DNA of 64,000 nt from an uncultured Geobacter sp. (lineage in GTDB: Bacteria > Desulfobacterota > Desulfuromonadia > Geobacterales > CAIOGM01), in contig CAIOGM010000129.1 of NCBI GenBank assembly GCA_903857795.1, forward strand, positions 3,553 to 67,552, given 5' to 3'. Position numbers and translations under genes: made by a program. Below are positions 56,446 to 64,000 of the stretch, piece by piece; positions within the stretch are counted from its first letter, which is position 1; each line of letters starts with the position of its first letter. The notes under the pieces are model-generated. The model saw only the letters and a program-made list of their open reading frames with translations. It was not told the DNA's origin and did no database searches.

Positions 56446-57807
56446 TTGAAGAACCGGACAAAGTATCTGCTGTTCCTTGACATAATCTGTGCCAACGGTG
56501 CGCTGATCCTGGCATATCTGCTCATTTTTGAGGATATGTCCCATGACTTTCACCCGACGCTCCCGGGGTTCGTTCGTGGAACCGTGGTGCTCTTGAGCGT
56601 GCTCGTTGCGTCATATTTCATGGAGCTCTACAGCCGGGAGCGGTGGCTGGATCTTGCGGGGCTTGCCGCCCGGATAGCCGTGGCGCTTAATATCTCGTTT
56701 CTGGGGCTCCTGCTCTTTCTCTTCATGGTGCCGACCCTGACGGTGGGGGAGCGTTTCCTGACCTATTACCTGCTCGGGTTCGGAGTGCTGCAGTTCGGCA
56801 TTCACTCCTCGTTCCAGTTTGTGGAGCAGAAGTTCGAACTCCTCCCCCGGGTAATGATACTCGGCACCGGAGAGCTTGCGGCCCAGATCGGCGATATAGT
56901 GAGTTCCCACGAGCGCCACTACATCCTTACCGGCTTTCTCCCAATCGGGTCGGAACCGGTCATGGTGCCTCATGACAAGATTCTCGATAAGGGGCTCAAC
57001 CTCTTCGAGACGGTGCAGAAGTTCCGGGTGGACAAGATCGTCGTCGCCGTAGGGGCTCAACCCCATGAATATCCCCTGCAAGAGATCCTTACCTGCAAGC
57101 TTCACGGGGTCGCCATCTTCGACGCCCCTACCTTCTATGAGAGGGCGACGGGGCGGATGCTCATAGAGCGGATCACCCCGGAGTGGTTCGTCTTTTCCCA
57201 GGGGTTTTGCATCTCTCCCTTGCGGCGTGTCGTCAAGCGTTCTACTGATGTGCTGATCAGCCTGCTGGTGGCGCCGCTGCTGTTGCTGCTTTTTCCCGTG
57301 GCGGCGCTCGCCATCAAGCTTGATTCGCCCGGCCCCGTTTTCTTCCGACAGGTTCGGGTGGGTGAAAACGAGACCCCGTTTACCCTTTACAAGCTGCGCA
57401 CAATGAACAATAATGCCGAGTTGACGACAGGCGCGGTCTGGGCGCAGGAGAGCGATCCCCGCATCACCCGGTTGGGAAACTTCCTCAGAAGATGCCGACT
57501 CGATGAATTCCCCCAGTTTTACAATGTGCTGCGCGGCGACATGAGCGTTGTCGGGCCTCGTCCGGAACGCCCCGAATTCATCGAACAGTTGAAGGAGATT
57601 ATCCCCTACTACTCGGAACGGCACCTGATCAAGCCGGGGGTGAGCGGTTGGGCGCAGGTGAATTACCCCTATGGCGCCTCCGTGGCGGACGCCATCGAAA
57701 AGTTGCGCTACGATCTCTATTATCTCAAGAACTTTACCATCCAACTGGATGTCATGATCATCTTCGACACACTCAAGGTGGTCTTCAGCCAGCGGGGCGG
57801 ACGTTGA
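56446..57807 (+). CDS. exopolysaccharide polyprenyl-phosphate glycosyl-1-phosphate transferase (PEP-CTERM-locus priming transferase)
   Basis: TTG start, 4-5 N-terminal TM segments, and a C-terminal sugar-transferase domain ([36 protein letters not shown]). Confidence 0.9.
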   Translation: MKNRTKYLLFLDIICANGALILAYLLIFEDMSHDFHPTLPGFVRGTVVLLSVLVASYFMELYSRERWLDLAGLAARIAVALNISFLGLLLFLFMVPTLTVGERFLTYYLLGFGVLQFGIHSSFQFVEQKFELLPRVMILGTGELAAQIGDIVSSHERHYILTGFLPIGSEPVMVPHDKILDKGLNLFETVQKFRVDKIVVAVGAQPHEYPLQEILTCKLHGVAIFDAPTFYERATGRMLIERITPEWFVFSQGFCISPLRRVVKRSTDVLISLLVAPLLLLLFPVAALAIKLDSPGPVFFRQVRVGENETPFTLYKLRTMNNNAELTTGAVWAQESDPRITRLGNFLRRCRLDEFPQFYNVLRGDMSVVGPRPERPEFIEQLKEIIPYYSERHLIKPGVSGWAQVNYPYGASVADAIEKLRYDLYYLKNFTIQLDVMIIFDTLKVVFSQRGGR

Positions 57808-57863
57808 AGCAGCGACAGCGGGGTTTCATTCCCCCTGTAATTTTAGACAAGGAGAGAATCGGC

Positions 57864-58661
57864 ATGAAAATTCTGATTATGGTCCTCATCTTCAGCCTCA
57901 TGGCGGCTACGGCCTTTGCCGGAGACTACGTGATCGGCGAGGGGGACGGGCTCGATATTGCGGTGTGGGGGGTAAAAGAGCTCTCCTTTTTCGTCAAGGT
58001 CCGGCCCGACGGAAAGATCACCGTTCCCGGTCTGGGAGATCTGCCCGCCAGTGCCATGACCCCGTCTCAACTCCAGGCTTCACTGGGTGAGAAGCTGAAG
58101 GAGTTGGTCAAGAATCCCATCGTGACCGTCACCGTGAAAGAGATCACCAACAGCAAGGTCTATATCTTTGGCGGAGGGGTGAAGGCCGGAATCTACAGCC
58201 TCAATCAGCGCTCCTCCTTGCTCCAGTTCCTCTGCGTCATCAGTGATGTAAGATTGGCAGATCTGAAGAAGGCGTATGTCCTCAGAAAAGGGCAGAAGAT
58301 CAAGGAGAACTTCTACCCGCTCTTCATCGATGGCGACATCAAGGAAGATCTTGAGATCGAGACCAACGATGTCATCTTCCTGCCGCCGCTCAATGAGAAA
58401 AACGTCTATGTGGTCGGCGCGGTAAATGCTCCGCGGGCCATCGAGTACCGGGATGGACTCACGGTCCTGGCGGCGATCCTGGAGGCTGGAAGTTTCAATA
58501 AGTATGCAAAGGAGAACAATACGGTCATTGTTCGCAAGGAGGGGGATAAGGAGATCTCCATTCCGGTCAAGGCCAAGAATCTCATCACCGACGGCGACCT
58601 GAGCCAGAACGTCAAACTAAAAGCCGGTGACTATGTAATCGTCAAGGAAGGGATGTTTTAA
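57864..58661 (+). CDS. polysaccharide export protein (Wza-like, Poly_export + SLBB)
   Basis: ATG preceded by GGAGAG. Signal peptide. YVIGEGDGLDIAVWG ... VRPDGKITVPGLGDL motif. Confidence 0.85.
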   Translation: MKILIMVLIFSLMAATAFAGDYVIGEGDGLDIAVWGVKELSFFVKVRPDGKITVPGLGDLPASAMTPSQLQASLGEKLKELVKNPIVTVTVKEITNSKVYIFGGGVKAGIYSLNQRSSLLQFLCVISDVRLADLKKAYVLRKGQKIKENFYPLFIDGDIKEDLEIETNDVIFLPPLNEKNVYVVGAVNAPRAIEYRDGLTVLAAILEAGSFNKYAKENNTVIVRKEGDKEISIPVKAKNLITDGDLSQNVKLKAGDYVIVKEGMF

Positions 58662-58720
58662 CAGTTTGACCGCAGGGTGCACCTGACGGAGAAATTGAGC
58701 ATATTAAGGGGAACTGTTCC

Positions 58721-60226
58721 ATGGCGTCATCACAACTCGATCTGAAAAAGTACCTTGATCTGTTGTTTCGGTACAAGAAGTCCTTCATCATAACCGCTCT
58801 GGCTATCATGACCGGTTCGGTCCTCCTGAGCTATGCGCTTCCCAAGGAGTATGAAGCAAAGAGTATCGTCTTCATCGAAAAGAACATCATGGGGGAGCTC
58901 ATCAAGGGGCTCGCCATCTCCCCCTCCATCGACGACAAGATTCGGGTCCTGACCTACGCCATGACCAGCCGTACGCTCCTCCTGAAGGTGTTCGATGATC
59001 TGGACATGAACATCAAGAAGATGAGCGACAAGCAGGTGGAGGAGCTGGTCAGGGAGACCCAGAAGAAGATGGAGGTCAAGACCAAGGAGAAGGAGGGGTT
59101 GTTCCTCATCACCTTCAGGCATGACAGCCCCAAGTTCGCCCGTGACTTCGTCAACACCCTGATCCGGCGCTATATTGAAGAGAACGTTGCCTCCAAGCGT
59201 GAAGACGCCTACGGCGCCAATACCTTCCTCACCGAACAGATCACCTCATTCAAGCAGAACCTGGATAAGGCCGAAGACAAGATCACCTCCTACAAGCAGG
59301 GTTCCAACGTGATGGTCAGCGTCAGCGAGGGGGAGCTGTTCCGGGCGATCACCGATGGCCAGAACCGTCTTGATCAGCTTCGGCTGAGGATGCAACAGCT
59401 GGAACAGGCCCGTGTCGAAGCACGTGGTATTCAGCCGCTTATCCCGAGCCTAAACGCTGCTGAAAAGCGTCTTACAGAGTTGCAGGTACAGTACAGTGAC
59501 TCTTATCCGGAGGTTATCAAGACAAAGGCAGAGATCGATTCCCTGAAGGAGCAAATCCGCGCCAGCAGCACTGCCTCCACTGCCGACAATCAGCAAATGA
59601 AAATGATTGATATGGAGATCCGGCGGATCAAGGATACCGAGGCCATGACCCGGCGCCAGATCGCCACCTATCAGTCTCAATTGGAACGGATCCCCCAGGC
59701 GAAGCAGAGCCTCGAAGAGTTGGAGCGGGAGAAGGGACAGTCACGGTCGGTCTATGAGGCGCTCATGACCCGCCAAAGCCAGTCGGAACTCTCCAAGCAG
59801 ATGGAGATTCAGGACAAGACCTCCAACTTCCGGGTCGTCGACCCCGCCGTTATTCCCATCGAGCCGGTGAGTCCCAATCGGGTCAGGATCATCCTTATGG
59901 GCATCGGGGTGGGGTTGGCAACCGGTTTCGGCCTCGTCCTCCTCATGGACTCTCTGGACAATTCCGTCAAGTCGGTCTCCAGCGTCAAGGCGCTGGGGGT
60001 GCCGCTCCTGGGGGTCATCCCCCGGATGGAGAACATTCAGGACCTGCTGCTTCAGAAAAAACGGGACTTTAGACTCTTCAATATCTCCGGCGCCTACTTC
60101 TCACTGGTCATCGTCATCCTGATCATGGAGGCGCTGAAGATTTCGGTGGTGGACGCCATGTTCTCGGCGATAAATTTCCAGCAACATGTGGCGTCGCTCA
60201 GGATAAAGATCCTGTCACTCTTCTGA
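58721..60226 (+). CDS. polysaccharide chain-length determinant (Wzz/PCP-type) protein
   Basis: N-terminal TM segment after DLKKYLDLLFRYKK, a long coiled-coil periplasmic region, then P..PV.PNR and a second TM segment. Confidence 0.85.
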   Translation: MASSQLDLKKYLDLLFRYKKSFIITALAIMTGSVLLSYALPKEYEAKSIVFIEKNIMGELIKGLAISPSIDDKIRVLTYAMTSRTLLLKVFDDLDMNIKKMSDKQVEELVRETQKKMEVKTKEKEGLFLITFRHDSPKFARDFVNTLIRRYIEENVASKREDAYGANTFLTEQITSFKQNLDKAEDKITSYKQGSNVMVSVSEGELFRAITDGQNRLDQLRLRMQQLEQARVEARGIQPLIPSLNAAEKRLTELQVQYSDSYPEVIKTKAEIDSLKEQIRASSTASTADNQQMKMIDMEIRRIKDTEAMTRRQIATYQSQLERIPQAKQSLEELEREKGQSRSVYEALMTRQSQSELSKQMEIQDKTSNFRVVDPAVIPIEPVSPNRVRIILMGIGVGLATGFGLVLLMDSLDNSVKSVSSVKALGVPLLGVIPRMENIQDLLLQKKRDFRLFNISGAYFSLVIVILIMEALKISVVDAMFSAINFQQHVASLRIKILSLF

Positions 60227-60254
60227 TGACGCCGCACGTGGCGCACTCTCTCCG

Positions 60255-60287
60255 TAACAGGCGCGGGCAACAGTTCCCCGCGCCTGT
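60255..60287 (+). terminator. perfect 12-bp stem hairpin (attenuator or terminator) between the Wzz-like and kinase genes
   Basis: AACAGGCGCGGG, a 9-nt loop, then CCCGCGCCTGTT, followed by only TTT. Confidence 0.4.
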
Positions 60288-60316
60288 TTGACGGTTTCAA
60301 GAAAGGATGATGGCAT

Positions 60317-61282
60317 ATGAGCAGAATTGAAGAAGCGCTTGAAAAGGCCGCCCGACTCCGCAGTACTCCGGACGTCACACCCGAAACCGTTCCCGCTTCG
60401 GCGGCGGTGGTTGCACCCACCACCAGCTATGTTATGCCGGAGCGGACGCTCTCTGTTAACAACGAGCTGATCGTGACCAACAAGGACTCCAACTCCGCCA
60501 TCGCCGAAGAGTACCGGAAACTCAAATCGATCCTCGTCAAGCTGGCCAAGGGGGAGACCTTCCGCAATACCATTATGGTCACCAGCTCCGTGGCCAGTGA
60601 AGGGAAGAGCGTCACCGCCCTCAATCTGGCCATCACCCTGGCACAGGAGTATGACCATACGGTCCTGTTGATCGATGCCGACCTGAGAAAGCCGTCGCTG
60701 CACCGTTACCTGGGGGTCAGTCAGACTCCCGGTCTGGTGGAGTGTCTCATGGATGATCACCCACTGGAGCAGGCACTTGTCAAAACAGGCATCGGCAAGC
60801 TGACGCTGCTTCCCACCGGGCGGCGGATGGATAACCCGGTTGAGCTCTTCACCTCCAAGAAGATGAAGGATTTTCTCTTCGAGGTGAAGCATCGCTATCC
60901 GGATCGCTTCGTCATCATCGATACCACACCGACCCTTCCCTTTGCCGAGCCCCGGTTCCTGGCTCAGTTGGTGGACGGAACCATCTTCGTCGTTCGGGAG
61001 GGGATCTGCTCACTGGTCAATGTGGCTCACGCCTTGGAGGAACTCAAGTCATCCAACATCTTCGGTGTTGTCTATAATGACGCTACCCGAAGATCTTCCG
61101 ATTCCGGCTACTACTATTACGGTTATTACGGCGGTTACTACGGCGGCTACGGCTATGGCTACGGTTATGGCGGTAACTATGGCTACGGCGGCAAGCGATA
61201 TGGCGGTTACGGCTATGGTAGCGGGAGTGGAAAGAGTGACCAGACGCCGAAATCTCCGTCAAGTGCTCCTCCATTAGCATAA
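60317..61282 (+). CDS. BY-kinase-type exopolysaccharide tyrosine autokinase with extended Tyr/Gly tail
   Basis: P-loop SSVASEGKS, Walker A' LLIDADLRKP, Walker B FVIIDT, and a C-terminal G/Y stretch. Confidence 0.85.
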   Translation: MSRIEEALEKAARLRSTPDVTPETVPASAAVVAPTTSYVMPERTLSVNNELIVTNKDSNSAIAEEYRKLKSILVKLAKGETFRNTIMVTSSVASEGKSVTALNLAITLAQEYDHTVLLIDADLRKPSLHRYLGVSQTPGLVECLMDDHPLEQALVKTGIGKLTLLPTGRRMDNPVELFTSKKMKDFLFEVKHRYPDRFVIIDTTPTLPFAEPRFLAQLVDGTIFVVREGICSLVNVAHALEELKSSNIFGVVYNDATRRSSDSGYYYYGYYGGYYGGYGYGYGYGGNYGYGGKRYGGYGYGSGSGKSDQTPKSPSSAPPLA

Positions 61283-61341
61283 CTCGCACCTGGTATTGCT
61301 ATCTATCTGCCGGCTTATAACCAGCGCCAACGGGACATGAT

Positions 61342-62526
61342 ATGTACGAGTCCTTCTTTCACCTGACGGGTAAGCCATTCGAACTGCTCCCCGATCCGGA
61401 GTTCCTCTACCTGAGCCCGGTACACCGGAAGGCGATGACCTATCTGGATTACGGTATCAGGGAGCGGGCCGGGTTTATCCTCCTTACCGGCGAGGTCGGT
61501 TCCGGCAAGACGACCATCATCAAGAATATAATCAAGAGCCTCGATGCGAACATCACCACGTCGAAGATCTTTAATACCGGCGTGACATCTCACCAGCTCC
61601 TGGCGCTCATCAATGACGATTTCGGCATGGAGACAGCGGGAAAAGATAAAGTCACCCTCTTCAAGGAGCTCTACGATTTTTTGATACGGGAGTTCCAAGC
61701 CGGGCATCACTGTCTGATCCTCATAGATGAGGCTCAGAACCTTACTTCCGACTGTCTCGAAGAGGTCCGGATGCTCTCGAATCTGGAGACGGAGAGCAGC
61801 AAGCTCCTGCAAATCATCCTCGTGGGGCAGCCGGAGCTGCGAAAGATTCTGGCCGCGACCGAGATGCGGCAGCTACGGCAAAGGATCAGCGTCAATTGCC
61901 ATATAACCCCCCTGGATCGGGAGCAGACTGAGGCGTACATCCTGCACCGGTTGGAACGGGCCGGCAACCGGGATGCGGTCACCTTTTCCGCCGCCGCCTT
62001 CGATCTCATCCAGCAGCAGACCAGAGGAACCCCGCGCCTCATCAACATCATGTGTGACTTCCTGCTCCTAACCGCCTTCGTGGACGAGAGCAGTGAGCTT
62101 TCCGTAGAAACCGTACGGGAGGTAGCCGACGATCTTCAGTTTGAACGGAACTACTGGAATGCGGCCGCAGCCGGCTCCGATAATGTCACTGCTCTTCCCG
62201 CTGCGGAGAACGTTTCCGCCCGTGATGAAGAGCTGATTCTTCTTAAATCCGAGCTTACCGCCCGCCTCGACATTCTGGAAAAGCGGGGGGGGGGATTCGA
62301 TCAGAGTGACGAACTGGCTGCTTTGGCCGACAGGTGCGCGGCGCTGGAGGAGTCAGTAGGGGCGCTGCGCCGGTTGCTCTCCGCCGGGGAACCTGAGCAA
62401 CCGGTGAATCAGAAACAACTGCCGTCGCTCCACCCTCTTCTCCCACGCATACCCTCGCCGGCGTCGCCGTTGGCCGTGCAACGGCAGCGCAAAGGTTTCT
62501 TTACCTCGCTTTTCGGCAGATCCTGA
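61342..62526 (+). CDS. ExeA-like AAA ATPase (PEP-CTERM-locus secretion ATPase type)
   Basis: FELLPDPEFLY, Walker A GEVGSGKTT, Walker B LILIDEAQ, then LQIILVGQPEL. Confidence 0.85.
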   Translation: MYESFFHLTGKPFELLPDPEFLYLSPVHRKAMTYLDYGIRERAGFILLTGEVGSGKTTIIKNIIKSLDANITTSKIFNTGVTSHQLLALINDDFGMETAGKDKVTLFKELYDFLIREFQAGHHCLILIDEAQNLTSDCLEEVRMLSNLETESSKLLQIILVGQPELRKILAATEMRQLRQRISVNCHITPLDREQTEAYILHRLERAGNRDAVTFSAAAFDLIQQQTRGTPRLINIMCDFLLLTAFVDESSELSVETVREVADDLQFERNYWNAAAAGSDNVTALPAAENVSARDEELILLKSELTARLDILEKRGGGFDQSDELAALADRCAALEESVGALRRLLSAGEPEQPVNQKQLPSLHPLLPRIPSPASPLAVQRQRKGFFTSLFGRS

Positions 62527-62560
62527 TCCTGAACAGTTTTATGTACCGGAGGTTGTGCCC

Positions 62561-64000
62561 ATGATAAAAGCTTCGCGAGGTAACGGTTGGTGGGGTGGTC
62601 TGAGAAAGTCCGTGCTGATTCTTGGGGCTGGTGCGCTGTTACTTTATAGTGCGCCCCTCTGGGCGGAAGATGCACCGGCTTCAGCCGGTTCTGATACTGC
62701 CACCGACTCAGGGGTGGCTCCTGCCGGACCAACTCTCCAACAGAACCCCACGGTCACTGATCCGTCAGCGCCGCCCGCAACTGCGATCCCTGGCGCCGCC
62801 GAGACTCCTCCCCAGATACAGGAAGCAAAACCCAAACCGACCACTGCATCCTTACCTATTGGACCAGCCCCCTATATCGGTCCATCAAGCTCTACAGCCA
62901 TCGGAGCTTTTGGCGCCGAATTTGCTCCCGAAGACAATCAACCAATTACAGTTCTACGCTCCGGCGGTCTTCCTGCTCTTCAGTTTGAGAATAAGGCAGG
63001 AAATTGGCTGTCCGGCAGCTTGGGCGTGGGCGAGAATTACGACAGCAACGTTTTTCTCAGCACCAACAAAAAGGGTGATTTCATTAGCAGGGTTTCTCCT
63101 GTCGTTGCCTTCAGCTACGTCAACCAGTTAGTGGATTGGAACCTGGGCACATCACTGGATTACCGGTATTACGCCAAGAATACCCGCTCAGAGGATCTTA
63201 CCTATGGATTGAACACCGCAGGGAAAATCAAGCTCTATCGCGACTATGTCTCACTCCTGGTCAGCGATGTTTTTACTCAGACCTCCCAGTCAAATGCCGT
63301 TGATTACAGCTCACTGAGCTCCACGGTGAATGTGACAAACCTGAATACACTGCGGCTTAACCCTCGTCTTGAGCTTCCTCTGACCACCCGGATCCGCATC
63401 ACTCCCCAGTACAGTTACGTTAACTACTGGTACCCCTCACAGAGCCAGCAGAACCGCCAGAGTCATACGGCGTCCGCCGATTTTTCCTATGAACTCTCCC
63501 CGCGTCTGACTCCTGCTCTCGGCTACAGTTTCGTTCGGATGGAGGGGCAACTGATCCAGTACAATCAGCACTACCCGTTCTTCCGGATAACTTACCTGGA
63601 TGACCGGTTTACCTTCAGCGGAACGGTCGGCTTCAGCAAGGTGGATCTGGATTCCGGAGGAGCTTCAGATGGAATGATCTGGGATGTATCACTTACGTAC
63701 CGTCTGGCGACAATGAGTTTTACCCTGGCCACAGGATCTGATCTCGATCAATCGTCCTATCAAAACTCCACCGGCAATGCAGCAAATAAGTCTCCGCAGA
63801 TCATAACCCGGTATTCGGCATCGCTTCAAAAACAGCTTAGCAAGAGTACGCTGGGGCTAAGCATCTATTACCGGGAGAATACCGATGGTATGTCCTCGAA
63901 TCTCTTGTCACGAAACTTCGGCACCAGCGGTACCCTGACTCAGGAAATTTACTCGCGTCTGACAGGAAGTTTCACCTTCAGGGTGGAGCGCGGTAATCAA
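62561..64000 (+). CDS. outer-membrane beta-barrel protein, PEP-CTERM-system-associated type (partial, runs off the window)
   Basis: Not in the ORF track because there is no stop in the window. I translated 480 codons by hand without meeting a stop. ATG preceded by GGAGG. Signal peptide (LILGAGALLLYSAPLWA), a Pro/Thr/Ala-rich linker, then an alternating beta-strand pattern (SLDYRYY, SADFSYEL, LGYSFVR, SLTYRL). Confidence 0.65.
   Translation, partial: MIKASRGNGWWGGLRKSVLILGAGALLLYSAPLWAEDAPASAGSDTATDSGVAPAGPTLQQNPTVTDPSAPPATAIPGAAETPPQIQEAKPKPTTASLPIGPAPYIGPSSSTAIGAFGAEFAPEDNQPITVLRSGGLPALQFENKAGNWLSGSLGVGENYDSNVFLSTNKKGDFISRVSPVVAFSYVNQLVDWNLGTSLDYRYYAKNTRSEDLTYGLNTAGKIKLYRDYVSLLVSDVFTQTSQSNAVDYSSLSSTVNVTNLNTLRLNPRLELPLTTRIRITPQYSYVNYWYPSQSQQNRQSHTASADFSYELSPRLTPALGYSFVRMEGQLIQYNQHYPFFRITYLDDRFTFSGTVGFSKVDLDSGGASDGMIWDVSLTYRLATMSFTLATGSDLDQSSYQNSTGNAANKSPQIITRYSASLQKQLSKSTLGLSIYYRENTDGMSSNLLSRNFGTSGTLTQEIYSRLTGSFTFRVERGNQ

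Noticed and set aside
62622-63131. 169-aa ORF listed in the track
   Set aside because: It is out of frame with the long open frame starting at 62561, which has an RBS, a signal peptide and beta-barrel character. Its own product is Pro/Leu/Arg-rich and featureless.

Overview
GC-rich bacterial chromosomal segment. Gene content and order (monomeric icd - mdh - korDABC, hldE, smc-ftsY, PEP-CTERM proteins with sigma54 promoters, REP/MITE-type repeats) point to a Geobacter/Desulfuromonadales-like deltaproteobacterium. All family names come from motif recognition by eye, not from searches. Five blocks. (1) 1-11.1 kb: glycan/EPS genes (GNAT, NodB-type deacetylase, GNAT, DegT aminotransferase, PglC-type priming transferase, 925-aa beta-helix protein, secreted tail-fibre-like protein, Wzi-like OMP, deoxyhypusine-synthase-like protein). 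(2) 11.1-19.4 kb: a four-helix-bundle (23S IVS / Avd family) gene bracketed by inverted heptamer arrays, then hldE, a DsbD_2-type membrane protein, ftsY, a roadblock/LC7 protein and smc. (3) 19.8-33.5 kb: two paralogous PEP-CTERM proteins, each with a perfect sigma54 promoter and shared upstream dyads, plus REP/MITE repeats. These are followed by two convergent operons mixing rhodaneses with glycosyltransferases, a LysR regulator and an 820-aa CoADR-rhodanese-TusA-DsrE fusion. (4) 33.5-46.4 kb: core metabolism (asnS, icd, mdh, korDABC) bordered by small accessory genes (orphan DUF433, one frameshifted and one intact Uma2 paralog, a ccdAB cassette, a Sel1 protein). (5) 46.4-64 kb: a hybrid histidine kinase, a six-gene NosL/ABC/FtsX/Cys-motif membrane operon, a CPBP protease and the core of an XrtA/PEP-CTERM-type EPS export locus (prsT, priming transferase, Wza-like, Wzz-like, BY-kinase, ExeA-like ATPase, and a partial OMP that runs off the window and is absent from the ORF track). 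No rRNA, tRNA, CRISPR array, transposase or integrase was recognised. The best candidates for something undescribed are the rhodanese/glycosyltransferase operons with the adjacent sulfur-relay fusion, the NosL-ABC operon, and the IVS-like heptamer-bracketed four-helix-bundle element.
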